From an uncultured Solirubrobacterales bacterium (GTDB lineage: Bacteria; Actinomycetota; Thermoleophilia; Solirubrobacterales; 70-9): a DNA stretch of 64,000 nt. Location of the stretch: contig CAWJWC010000004.1 of assembly GCA_963846515.1 (NCBI GenBank), positions 14,587-78,586 on the forward strand, read 5' to 3'. Both the position numbers and the translations under genes were made by a program. Within the stretch, counting starts at the first letter, position 1; each line of letters opens with the position of its first letter. The notes beneath the pieces are model-generated. The model was not told the DNA's origin. It saw nothing but the letters and a program-made list of their open reading frames with translations, and searched no databases. Shown piece by piece: positions 24,459 through 32,970 of the stretch.

Positions 24459-24987
24459 GGCAGACCCAGCCCGGAACGAGCGCCCCGGAGGGGTCCCTGT
24501 ACTCGTCGCGCGCGAAGGTGGTGAGGCCGCAGTTGTGCGAGCCGAGGCTCCAGATGCTGGCTGCCAGCGGCGGCTCGAACGCGTCGCCGAGGACCGAGTC
24601 GAGCAGGAAGAAGCGGGCGAAGATGCCGTGGCCGACGACGAGCGGTCGGTCGTCGGCGCCGGCCCCCTCGAGCTCCGCCTTGAGCCGGCGCACCCTGGCG
24701 ACGATCTGCTCGAAGCCTTCGCCCGCGGCCAGCTCGTGCAGGTAGGGGAGCGTCACCGGCTCGAGCCGGAGCGCGCTGCCGACGATTGCCGCGGTTTCGC
24801 TCGCCCTTCGCAGCGGGCTGGTCACGAGGCGCGTCGCGTCGCACCCGGTCAGGCCCCGGCCGGCGGCCTCGGCCTGGGCGCGACCGCGCTCGGTGAGGCG
24901 GTCGCCCTCCTCGTCGGCGAGAGTCTCGCTGCCGGTGTGCGCGTTGTGGGCCGACTCGCCGTGGCGCAGGAAGAGCGCCCGGCTCAT
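24424..24987 (-). CDS. histidine phosphatase family protein (phosphoglycerate mutase-like)
   Basis: The ATG at 24987 overlaps the VWA gene stop (ATGA). LFLRHGESAHN RHG motif, SPLRRASETA, VVGHG. Confidence 0.8.
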   Translation of the reverse strand: MSRALFLRHGESAHNAHTGSETLADEEGDRLTERGRAQAEAAGRGLTGCDATRLVTSPLRRASETAAIVGSALRLEPVTLPYLHELAAGEGFEQIVARVRRLKAELEGAGADDRPLVVGHGIFARFFLLDSVLGDAFEPPLAASIWSLGSHNCGLTTFARDEYRDPSGALVPGWVCLSWMERPWDPP

Positions 24988-26396
24988 TCCGCCGCCGGGA
25001 CGCCGCCGGCGACGACGTCGACGAAGTTCTCCAGATGCCGGGTGGTCCAGCACTCGAAGGCGCCGTCGCAGTAGCGCTCGTAGGCGGCCATCACCGAGTC
25101 GCCGTAGTTCCAGTAGAGCTTCGGCTCCGGGTTGAGCCAGAACAGGCGGCCGGCCCGTTCGGCGACCTGGGCGAAGACCTCGGCGTGCGGCTCGCGGCCG
25201 TTGGTGCGGGCGTCGCCGAGCACGATCACGGTTGAGCGCGGATCGAGCTCGTCGGAGATCTCGGTCAGGAACTCAAGCCAGACGCGGCCGTAGTCGGTGT
25301 ACCCGGAGACGTCGGCGACGCCGCCCTCGCTGGAGATCCGCTCGGCGACGACGCGGAAGTCGCGCTCGTGCTCGAAGACGTCGGTCACCTCCGAGATCCG
25401 CTCGATGAAGACGAAGCTGCGCAGTTTCCGGAACGAGTCGTGCAGCGCGTGCAGGACCGAGAGGAAGAAGACGCTGGCGGAGGTGACCGAGGTGGAGACG
25501 TCGCAGAGCACGTAGATCTCCGGCCGCCGCGGCCGCTTCGGCCGATATTTGAGCCGCAGCGGCACGCCGCCGGTCTCCAGCGAGGCGCGCATCGTGCGCC
25601 GCACGTCGACCGTGTTTGCCTGGCGCCGGCCGCGCTGCTCGTGGCCGAGCGTCGCCAGCCGCCGCTTCATCTGCGAGACGGCGCGGTGCACGGCGGCGAG
25701 ATCTTGGGTCGGGCTGGTCGGCAGGGTGCGGTCGAGCTCGGCCAAGGGACGGGAGGGAGGCAGGGTCTCGGTGCGCTCGATCAGGTCGCGTTCGAGCTCG
25801 CGCCGCAGGTGGCGCTCGAAGCGGTTGAGCTGGTCGCGGTCGATCGGCGGGCGCTCCTCGCCGTCCTCGGTCGGTGGTTGGGCGCCGGCGGTGAGCCCGA
25901 GCGTACGGCGGATTCGCTGCACGTCGACCCCGACCACGCCGGAGCCCTCGCCGCGGCCGAAGGCGGCGATCGCCAGCCGCGCAAGATCGCGCAGCCGGTC
26001 CTCGTCGCCCTCCATGATCGCCTCGCGGATCTGCTCGCGCAGCTCCTCCATGTCGAGCCGCTCTCCGCCCTCGCCCGCTTCGCCGCCCCCCTCGCCGCGC
26101 TCGGTGACTTCGCGCTGGACCGCCTCGGCCTCGGCGGCGCGGAAGAAGTAGCGCTCGAACAGCAGCTCGAAGACGCGGCGGTCGTCCTGGGACTTGGCGA
26201 TCGTCGCCGCCAGCGCCTCGCGGAAGTCGGCCTGCGAGGTCCACTCGACCCGTTCGAGCGCCGCGAAGGCGTCGAGGATCTCCGAGGTTCCGACCGCAAC
26301 CCCCTCGCCGCGCAGCTCCTCGCAGAAGCCGAGCAGCTTCGCCGCCAGTCCCGGCGGACCGGCATCGGCCTTGGGTCCGTAGGGCGAGCCGGCCAC
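24984..26396 (-). CDS. VWA domain-containing CoxE-like protein
   Basis: 470 aa. CoxE-type N-terminal region. The VWA MIDAS context is EIYVLCDVSTSV, in the segment ...RPRRPEIYVLCDVSTSVTSASVFFL... Confidence 0.85.
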   Translation of the reverse strand: MAGSPYGPKADAGPPGLAAKLLGFCEELRGEGVAVGTSEILDAFAALERVEWTSQADFREALAATIAKSQDDRRVFELLFERYFFRAAEAEAVQREVTERGEGGGEAGEGGERLDMEELREQIREAIMEGDEDRLRDLARLAIAAFGRGEGSGVVGVDVQRIRRTLGLTAGAQPPTEDGEERPPIDRDQLNRFERHLRRELERDLIERTETLPPSRPLAELDRTLPTSPTQDLAAVHRAVSQMKRRLATLGHEQRGRRQANTVDVRRTMRASLETGGVPLRLKYRPKRPRRPEIYVLCDVSTSVTSASVFFLSVLHALHDSFRKLRSFVFIERISEVTDVFEHERDFRVVAERISSEGGVADVSGYTDYGRVWLEFLTEISDELDPRSTVIVLGDARTNGREPHAEVFAQVAERAGRLFWLNPEPKLYWNYGDSVMAAYERYCDGAFECWTTRHLENFVDVVAGGVPAAE

Positions 26397-26400
26397 GCCC

Positions 26401-27279
26401 TCAGCCCGTTGGCGTCGGCCCGGCGAGCTTCACCCCGACCCGCTCCGCCACCAGGTCGATGTCGGTGCGGTGCTTGACGATGATCGACATCGACTGCTCG
26501 AAGGTCTCGCGGTCGATGTCCTCGGCGCCCATCAGGAGCAGCGTTCGGGCCCAGTCGATCGACTCGGCGATCGAGGGCGGCTTCTTCAGGTCCAGCCCCC
26601 GCACCATCCCGATCACCTCGACCAGCCGTCGTGCCAGCGTCTCGTCGAGCTCCGGCGCGTGGAGGCGGACGATTTCCATCTCGCGCTCGACGCTCGGGTA
26701 GTCGAGCCAGAGGTAGAGGCAGCGTCGCTTCAGCGCCTCGGTCAGCTCGCGCGAGTCGTTCGAGGTGAGGACGACGATCGGCATCGTCGTCGCCGACACC
26801 TGGCCCAGCTCGGGGATCGTGATCTGGAAATCAGAGAGCAGCTCGAGCAGCATCGCCTCGAACTCCTGGTCGGTCTTGTCGATCTCGTCGATCAACAGCA
26901 CGACCGGCTCGGGGCTGGCGATCGCCTGCATCAGCGGCCGCGTGAGCAGGAACTCGGAGCTGAAGATGTCCTCCTGCACGTCTTCCCAGCCGGTCTCGCC
27001 GCCAGCCTGGATCCGCAGCAGCTGCTTACGGTAGTTCCACTCGTACATCGCCTTCGCCTCGTCGAGGCCCTCATAGCACTGCAGACGCACCAGCTCGCGG
27101 CCGCTGGCGCGCGAGAGCGCCTTCGCCAGCTCGGTCTTGCCGACCCCCGCCGGGCCCTCGACCAGAACCGGCTTGCCCAGCTCCTGGGCGAGATAAGAAA
27201 CCAGGGCGGCGGGCTCGTCGGCGAGGTAGCCGACCTTCGCCAGCGCCTCCTTCACCTCTGCCACGGAGCTCTCTGCCAT
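26401..27279 (-). CDS. MoxR-family AAA+ ATPase (CoxD-like)
   Basis: Walker A GPAGVGKTELAKAL, Walker B VVLLIDEIDK. RLQCYEGLDEAKAMYEWNY is typical of the MoxR/CoxD subfamily. 4 nt upstream of the VWA gene. Confidence 0.9.
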   Translation of the reverse strand: MAESSVAEVKEALAKVGYLADEPAALVSYLAQELGKPVLVEGPAGVGKTELAKALSRASGRELVRLQCYEGLDEAKAMYEWNYRKQLLRIQAGGETGWEDVQEDIFSSEFLLTRPLMQAIASPEPVVLLIDEIDKTDQEFEAMLLELLSDFQITIPELGQVSATTMPIVVLTSNDSRELTEALKRRCLYLWLDYPSVEREMEIVRLHAPELDETLARRLVEVIGMVRGLDLKKPPSIAESIDWARTLLLMGAEDIDRETFEQSMSIIVKHRTDIDLVAERVGVKLAGPTPTG

Positions 27280-27302
27280 GCGGGCGATGATAATCCCGGT
27301 CC

Positions 27303-27545
27303 GTGTTCGACCTCGCGCTGCCGCTCGCCGACCTGCTCCCGACCAGCCCCGGGCCCTACATCGCGCTGATGCTGATCGGCTTCGCGATCGGGATCCTCGG
27401 CCACCTCAGCGGGGCGAAGTCGCTGGTCGCCGCCGGCATCGTCCTGATCTTCCTCGGCGCCCTCCTGTTCCCGCTGCTCGTCAACGTCACCACCGAGGAC
27501 CGGCCTCCGCCGGTCGAGGAAAGCCGCACCGGCGACTCCGGTTGA
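27303..27545 (+). CDS. small 2-TM membrane protein (80 aa)
   Basis: Strong GC3 bias in frame and two clear hydrophobic helices. GTG start only 23 nt from the divergent MoxR start. Confidence 0.55.
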   Translation: MFDLALPLADLLPTSPGPYIALMLIGFAIGILGHLSGAKSLVAAGIVLIFLGALLFPLLVNVTTEDRPPPVEESRTGDSG

Positions 27546-27611
27546 GGCGTCGGCGGCCGCGAGCTTCTACGATCCAGGGCGAATGCTTTCGATTTAGGAG
27601 GAGCCGAACCC

Positions 27612-28730
27612 TTGAGCCGTCTTCGCATTTTCGTCCTGTTCGCCGCGCTGGCAGCGCTGGCAACCGTGTTTGCCGCCTGCGGTAGCAGCGACAGCAGCAG
27701 CGAGGACCCGCAGGCGGTTCTCGACAGCGCCACCCTCGAAGGGGTGGAGAGCGGCAACCTCGACCTGACGCTGGCGATTAAGGCCGCCGGCAAGGAAGGC
27801 GGCGACGTCGACGTCAGCGTCTCCGGCCCGTTCCAAAGCGAAGGGGCGAAAGACCTGCCCAAGCTCGACCTCACGGCGAGCGCCAACGGCACCGTCGAGG
27901 GCGACCCGGTCGATTTTGAGGGCGGCATCACGCTGCTCTCCGACCGCGCCTACGTGAACTACGAAGGGACCGAGTACGAAGTCGATCCAACCAGCTTCGG
28001 CTTCGTTAAGTCGAGCTTCGAACAGGCCCAAAAAGAAGGCGGCTCGAATGGCAATCCGGCCGATGTCAGCGCCTGTCAGGAGGCGGCCGAAGGGTTCAAA
28101 GTCGGCGACTTCGCCGATCGCCTCACCAACGAAGGCAGCGCCGACGTCGAAGGCGCCAGCACGACGAAGATCAGCGGTGAACTCAACGTCTCCGGCGTGA
28201 TCGACGCGCTGATCAAACTGACCGAAGACCCGGCCTGTGCAACCCAGCTCGAAGCCGCCGGCCCGCTCCCGATCGGCGAACTCGAAGAAGCGAAGGGCGA
28301 ACTTTCGAGCTCTGTCAAAAAAGCTCAAATCGAGGTCTACGTGGGTGACGACGACATCATCCGTCGCATCGTTGCCGACCTGACCGCGGAGCCGGAGGGG
28401 GGCGAAAAAGTCGAAATCGACCTCGACCTGGTGCTCAGCGGCGTCAACGAGGAACAGGAGATCAGCGCTCCCGCGAACGCGAAACCGCTCGAAGTCCTGT
28501 TCCAGAAACTAGGCATCAACCCGATCGAATTGCTGGAAAGCTTCAGCAGCGGCGAAGGCATCGGCGATCTGCTGAAAGAAGTGATCGGCGAGGACCTGTC
28601 GCTCGGCGACCTGCCCGGCGGATCGTCGGGCGGCGGCGGGGTAGGCGGGGCGCAGCAGGCCTACCTCGAGTGCCTCAAAGACGCCCGCACGCCGGCCGAC
28701 CTGCAGCAGTGCGCGAGCATGATCCAGTAG
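27612..28730 (+). CDS. secreted lipoprotein, unknown function (acidic, Lys/Glu-rich)
   Basis: TTG start 8 nt after AGGAGGAG. Signal peptide and lipobox VFAACGSS. Codon usage is visibly less GC-biased than in neighbouring genes. Confidence 0.75.
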   Translation: MSRLRIFVLFAALAALATVFAACGSSDSSSEDPQAVLDSATLEGVESGNLDLTLAIKAAGKEGGDVDVSVSGPFQSEGAKDLPKLDLTASANGTVEGDPVDFEGGITLLSDRAYVNYEGTEYEVDPTSFGFVKSSFEQAQKEGGSNGNPADVSACQEAAEGFKVGDFADRLTNEGSADVEGASTTKISGELNVSGVIDALIKLTEDPACATQLEAAGPLPIGELEEAKGELSSSVKKAQIEVYVGDDDIIRRIVADLTAEPEGGEKVEIDLDLVLSGVNEEQEISAPANAKPLEVLFQKLGINPIELLESFSSGEGIGDLLKEVIGEDLSLGDLPGGSSGGGGVGGAQQAYLECLKDARTPADLQQCASMIQ

Positions 28731-29861
28731 ATGGAGGCCGATCCCGAGCGGCCGCGGCTCTCCGCCGCCTTCTTCTTCACCCCGCACGGGTGGCCGTACC
28801 TACTGGTGCCGCTGATCCCGGTCGCGGTGGTGCTGGAGCTGACCCACGCCGCGGCGACGGTTGTCTTCGCTGCCTCGGCGCTGGGCATCGTCCCCACCGC
28901 GGCGCTGATGGGGCGCGCGACCGAGGAGCTCGCGGCGCGCTCGGGGCCGGGCATCGGCGGCCTGCTCAACGTCACCTTCGGCAACGCGCCGGAGCTGATT
29001 ATCGCCCTCTTCGCGCTCGGCCAGGGCCTGCAGGAGGTGGTCAAGGCCTCGCTCGTCGGCTCGATCCTCGGCAATATCCTGCTCGTGCTCGGGGCGGCGA
29101 TGCTGGCCGGCGGCCTCGGCCGCGACAAACAGACCTTCAGCCGCATCAGCGCCAGCGTCCAGAGCACGATGCTGATGCTTGCCGCGGCCGCGTTGCTGAT
29201 GCCGGCGATCTTCGAGCTGGTCGAGGGGCAGGGGCTGCCGGGTCCCGGCAGCGAGTCGACCAACTACGACTCGACCGTCGAGCACCTCTCGCTGGCGGTC
29301 GCGATCGTCCTCATCGGGACCTACGTCGTCGGCCTCGTCTTCTCGTTGAAGACGCACCGCGCGATCTTCAACCCCGAGTACGAGGAGGAGGACACCTGGG
29401 GCTGGTCGACCCGGACCTCGGTGATCGCGCTGGCGGTCGCCGGCCTCCTGGTCGGGCTGATGTCCGAGGTCCTGGTCGGCTCGATCAGCGAGGCCTCTGA
29501 GGCAATCGGCCTCTCCGAGTTCTTCGTCGGCGTGATCGTGGTCGCGATCGTCGGCAACGCGGCCGAGCACTGGGTCGCGGTCCTGGTCGCGATGAAGGAC
29601 AAGATGGACCTGGCGGTCAACATCGCGATCGGCTCCAGCGCCCAGATCGCCCTCTTCGTCGCCCCGGTGCTGGTGATCGCCTCCTTTTTCCTCGGCCCCT
29701 ATCCGCTCGCCCTCGTCTTCAACGGCTTCGAGCTCGGCGCCATCGTTCTGGCGATCCTGATCGCCAACTACGTCACCCAGGACGGCGAGTCCACCTGGTT
29801 CGAGGGGGTTCAGCTCTTGGCGATCTACTTGGTCTTCGGGCTGGCTTTCTATTTCGCTTGA
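28731..29861 (+). CDS. Ca2+/H+ antiporter (CaCA family, ChaA/Cax type)
   Basis: Two alpha-repeats: GNAPELIIALFAL...SLVGSILGNILLVLG and GNAAEHWVAVLVA...IAIGSSAQIALFVAP. The ATG immediately follows the upstream TAG. Confidence 0.9.
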   Translation: MEADPERPRLSAAFFFTPHGWPYLLVPLIPVAVVLELTHAAATVVFAASALGIVPTAALMGRATEELAARSGPGIGGLLNVTFGNAPELIIALFALGQGLQEVVKASLVGSILGNILLVLGAAMLAGGLGRDKQTFSRISASVQSTMLMLAAAALLMPAIFELVEGQGLPGPGSESTNYDSTVEHLSLAVAIVLIGTYVVGLVFSLKTHRAIFNPEYEEEDTWGWSTRTSVIALAVAGLLVGLMSEVLVGSISEASEAIGLSEFFVGVIVVAIVGNAAEHWVAVLVAMKDKMDLAVNIAIGSSAQIALFVAPVLVIASFFLGPYPLALVFNGFELGAIVLAILIANYVTQDGESTWFEGVQLLAIYLVFGLAFYFA

Positions 29862-29869
29862 GCGGGGGC

Positions 29870-29934
29870 GAGTGCCAGGCGGCACTCGCCTGCGCAACAG
29901 ATGGGGGAGGCTTGGCGAGTGCCGCCTGGCACTC
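29870..29934. repeat. hairpin element family 1, copy B (21-bp perfect stem, conserved 23-nt loop)
   Basis: GAGTGCCAGGCGGCACTCGCC / GGCGAGTGCCGCCTGGCACTC pair perfectly. Loop TGCGCAACAGATGGGGGAGGCTT. Starts 9 nt after the cax stop. Confidence 0.85.
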
Positions 29935-29971
29935 ATCGTCGGTTCAGGCATACAGATAGCCTGCCGCGCTC

Positions 29972-30973
29972 ATGGAAGTAGTCCTCCTGCTGATCAGCTT
30001 TGCGGTAGTTCTCGCCGGGGCGTTGTTGTTTACGAACGCGGTTGAGTGGATTGGGCACAAGCTCAATCTTGGAGAGGGTGCGGTGGGGAGCATCTTGGCC
30101 GCGGTTGGGACCGCGATGCCGGAGACGCTGATCGCGATCGTCGCCCTGATCAACGTCAGCGAGGGCTCCGAAGACGTCGCGATCGGGGCGATCGTCGGGG
30201 CGCCGTTCCTGCTCGCGACCCTGGCGATGGGCCTGGTCGGTCTCTTTGCCTACCTCTACCGCGACCGCCGCGAGCAGGGCCTGCGGCTCAAGGCCCACCG
30301 GCCGACCCTGGAGCGCGACCTGATCTTCTTCCTCATCTTCTTCGCCGGCGCCGGCGCGCTCTCGTGGGGGCCGCCGACCGCGGTGCGGATCGTCGTCGGC
30401 CTGCTCTTCCTCGCTGCCTACCTCGTCTACATCACCCGCACGCTGCGCGGCGGGGGGGAGGTCCAGGAGGAGGAGACGCTCAACCCGCTGATCTTCGACC
30501 GGCGGCCGGAGCGGCGCTCCGATCCGGCGCTCGCCTTCTGCATCGCGCAGCTCCTCGTCGGCCTCGCGGCGATGGTCGGCGGCGCCCACCTCTTTGTCGA
30601 GGAGCTGCTTCACATCGCCGAGAGCATCGGCGTCGAGGCGCTCGTCCTGGCGCTGATCCTGGCGCCGCTGGCGACCGAGCTGCCGGAGAAGGTGAACAGC
30701 TTCTTCTGGGTGCGCGAAGGCAAGGACGCGCTGGCGCTCGGCAACATCACCGGCGCGATGGTCTTCCAGTCGACGATCCCGGTCGGAATCGGCGTGCTCT
30801 TCACCGACTGGGCGCTGACCGGCACCGCCGTGCTCTCGATCGGCCTCGGCGTCGTCGGCGGCCTCATTGCCTACGAGAGCCTGCATCGCTCCGGCGTCTT
30901 CAAGCTGCCGGCGGTGATTGGCTGGTTCGTGCTCTACACCAGCTTCATCGTCGCTGTGGTTGTCAGCGCCTGA
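29972..30973 (+). CDS. sodium/calcium exchanger family membrane protein (CaCA, YrbG-like)
   Basis: Alpha-repeat motifs GSILAAVGTAMPETLIAIVA and GNITGAMVFQSTIPVGIG. About 10 TM segments. Confidence 0.85.
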   Translation: MEVVLLLISFAVVLAGALLFTNAVEWIGHKLNLGEGAVGSILAAVGTAMPETLIAIVALINVSEGSEDVAIGAIVGAPFLLATLAMGLVGLFAYLYRDRREQGLRLKAHRPTLERDLIFFLIFFAGAGALSWGPPTAVRIVVGLLFLAAYLVYITRTLRGGGEVQEEETLNPLIFDRRPERRSDPALAFCIAQLLVGLAAMVGGAHLFVEELLHIAESIGVEALVLALILAPLATELPEKVNSFFWVREGKDALALGNITGAMVFQSTIPVGIGVLFTDWALTGTAVLSIGLGVVGGLIAYESLHRSGVFKLPAVIGWFVLYTSFIVAVVVSA

Positions 30974-31070
30974 GCACGCTTCTGGCTGTGTCCTCGGTCG
31001 GTCGCCAGCGGGTCACGCACTTGAGTGCGCTCCCCTCGTCGGCCTCCCTGCTTCCTTGCCAGAAACGGGC

Positions 31071-31556
31071 TCAGGCGCTGATAAGGGCTTTGAGAACCAA
31101 GTCGTCGTGCTTTTTCGGCTGGATCTTGGGAAAGACCCGCGCGATTTTCCCATCGGGGTCGACGATGAAGGTCGAGCGGATGATCCCCATGTACTTCTTC
31201 CCGTACATCGACTTCTCACCCCAGGCACCGTACTTCTCGGCGACCTCGTGGTCGGGGTCGGCGAGCAGGGTGAAGTCGAGCCGCTGCTTGTCGGCGAACT
31301 TGCGCAGCGCCTCCGGCTCGTCCGGCGAGATCCCGAGCACCCGCGCCCCCAGCGCGCGGTACTCGTCGCCGCGGTCGCGGATGCCGCAGGCCTGGGTGGT
31401 ACAACCCGGGGTTTCAGCCCGCGGATAGAAGTAGACGACCACCGTCTCGCCCTTTAAATCTGAGCGCTTGACCGGATCGCCGTTTTGGTCCGGCAGCTCG
31501 AAGTCGGGGGCGTTGTCACCAGGTTGAAGCACGGCCGGGGACCCTATCGTGGGCAT
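31071..31556 (-). CDS. bcp: thiol peroxidase, peroxiredoxin Bcp type
   Basis: GDNAPDFELPDQNG...VVVYFYPRAETPGCTTQACGIRD matches the Bcp active site. ATG at 31556. Confidence 0.9.
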   Translation of the reverse strand: MPTIGSPAVLQPGDNAPDFELPDQNGDPVKRSDLKGETVVVYFYPRAETPGCTTQACGIRDRGDEYRALGARVLGISPDEPEALRKFADKQRLDFTLLADPDHEVAEKYGAWGEKSMYGKKYMGIIRSTFIVDPDGKIARVFPKIQPKKHDDLVLKALISA

Positions 31557-31650
31557 TGCGCACGCCGATATCCGGCAAACTTCCGATCTGACGGCTTCCT
31601 TCAGGCTGTGTCCCATATGATTGGCCTTTATTTATTACTTAGGGAGATTC

Positions 31651-31968
31651 ATGATGGCGACCGAGCAGCGGGATCTGAAGGCAACACTGGCCGAACTCGA
31701 AGAGGCGGCGAAGGACCCAGAGAAACGCAAAGAGCTTGCGGACTTCGGCAGGCTCGAAGCCGTTCTCGACGAACTCATGCCCTGGGAAGACTCGATCAAG
31801 CCCGGCTACGACAGAGCGACCCTCTTCGAGGCGAATCCGTGCGAGGGATGGATCACGACATTCTTCTACGCCTTTGACAGGTTCGTCCACGGAGGACCAG
31901 AGCAGTCGATCTGGCTGGACCGGGCACGTGTCTGCGCCGAAGAATACGAAGCCTGCGCGGAGGTCTAG
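31651..31968 (+). CDS. hypothetical protein (105 aa)
   Basis: ATGATG start 5 nt after AGGGAG in an AT-rich spacer. Moderate coding bias. I recognise no motif. Confidence 0.5.
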   Translation: MMATEQRDLKATLAELEEAAKDPEKRKELADFGRLEAVLDELMPWEDSIKPGYDRATLFEANPCEGWITTFFYAFDRFVHGGPEQSIWLDRARVCAEEYEACAEV

Positions 31969-31988
31969 GCGGAGAGCTGCTGCGGGAC

Positions 31989-32348
31989 CTAGTCTTCGAG
32001 GTCCTCGCGCTCGTTGTCCTCGCGGCCGGGGTCCTGACCGTCCTCGTCCCCGTCGAGTTCGTCGTCGCCCTGTTCGAGCGCGGTTTCGGAGACCGAGCCG
32101 GCTGAGCCGGGGTGGTATTGGCTCTGGAAGCTCTCGAGGGCGCGGTCGCGGCCGTCTTCGTCGATCGGCACGTCCTCGGAGATCCGTACCCAGTCAGCCC
32201 CCTCGTAGGCCTCCATGTTGAAGATCTCCTGGTCGATCGAGGCAGAGTCGTCGACCACGACGACGACCTCGGTCTGGGGGTTGAAGTAGGTGCCGGGCTG
32301 GATCAGCAGTTGCTCGATCTCGTAGAGGTGGTCCTCTGAGCTCGCCAT
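31989..32348 (-). CDS. highly acidic hypothetical protein (119 aa)
   Basis: The ATG at 32348 shares its A with the TGA of the upstream gene. Good GC3. The C-terminal third is almost entirely D/E. Confidence 0.6.
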   Translation of the reverse strand: MASSEDHLYEIEQLLIQPGTYFNPQTEVVVVVDDSASIDQEIFNMEAYEGADWVRISEDVPIDEDGRDRALESFQSQYHPGSAGSVSETALEQGDDELDGDEDGQDPGREDNEREDLED

Positions 32349-32812
32349 CACCGCGATCCTACGAAATCGGCGAGCTGACGCTCGGTCTCGGCCTCGACGT
32401 CTAGCGGCTCCAGGCCCTGACGCAGCCGCCGCTCGTTGCGGCTGACGACCAGCTGGCGGACTTCCTTCCGCAGAGTTGCCTCCTGCTTGGCGGCGGGGTC
32501 TGTTTCCTGCGCGCCGCTCGCGAGCAGTCGCTCGGCCTCCGCCTCCACGTCCAGCGGGGTCTCGCCCTGCCGCTGCAGCCGTTCCGCCTTGGCCCTCAGC
32601 ATCTGCCGCACCTCGGCCGCCTGGATCGCCGGGTCGACCGCGCGCTCGGGGCTGCGCATGTAGCGCGGCAGCGGTAAGTCCTGGTCGATCGCCAGCGGGC
32701 CTTTGCCGATCGAGTCCCAACCGCCGCCGACGCGCCAGAAGAGGAGTCCGATCAGGGGTGCCGCGACACCGGTGAAGAGCAGCACGGTTGCGCACTTCTC
32801 AGCCGCCGACAT
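32348..32812 (-). CDS. N-terminally membrane-anchored protein with internal duplicated R(L/Q)RQG-x-PLDVEAE-x-ER motif
   Basis: ATG at 32812 (MSAAEKCATVLLFTGVAAPLIGLLFW). The track start at 32866 adds low-GC3 codons. Two about 20-aa repeats are seen in translation. Confidence 0.55.
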   Translation of the reverse strand: MSAAEKCATVLLFTGVAAPLIGLLFWRVGGGWDSIGKGPLAIDQDLPLPRYMRSPERAVDPAIQAAEVRQMLRAKAERLQRQGETPLDVEAEAERLLASGAQETDPAAKQEATLRKEVRQLVVSRNERRLRQGLEPLDVEAETERQLADFVGSR

Positions 32813-32884
32813 CGCCACCACCAAATCCACGCCCCAAGGGTAAACAGCCCCTTGCCGGCGGGCCATCCGCTACGCTTCCCTTGG

Positions 32885-32900
32885 TTGACTGACCAGTCAA
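32885..32900. promoter_or_regulatory. inverted repeat TTGACTG-AC-CAGTCAA (candidate TetR/FadR-type operator) upstream of the acyl-CoA dehydrogenase gene
   Basis: Direct reading. It lies in the divergent spacer, 71 nt upstream of the GTG at 32971. Confidence 0.4.
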
Positions 32901-32970
32901 TCGGCGGAACGCTCGCCCGTCGGCGGCGCTCCAGAACAGACTTGACGACTGACGAAAAGGAGCACCGAGA

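Noticed and set aside
29914-29934. CCGCCUGGCA in hairpin 1B resembles the 3' CCGCCUGGGCA of ZTP (pfl) riboswitches.
   Set aside because: The 5' ZTP subdomain (GACUGGCG ... GGGUGGA) is absent, copy A lacks the string, and the downstream genes are antiporters, not purine or folate genes.
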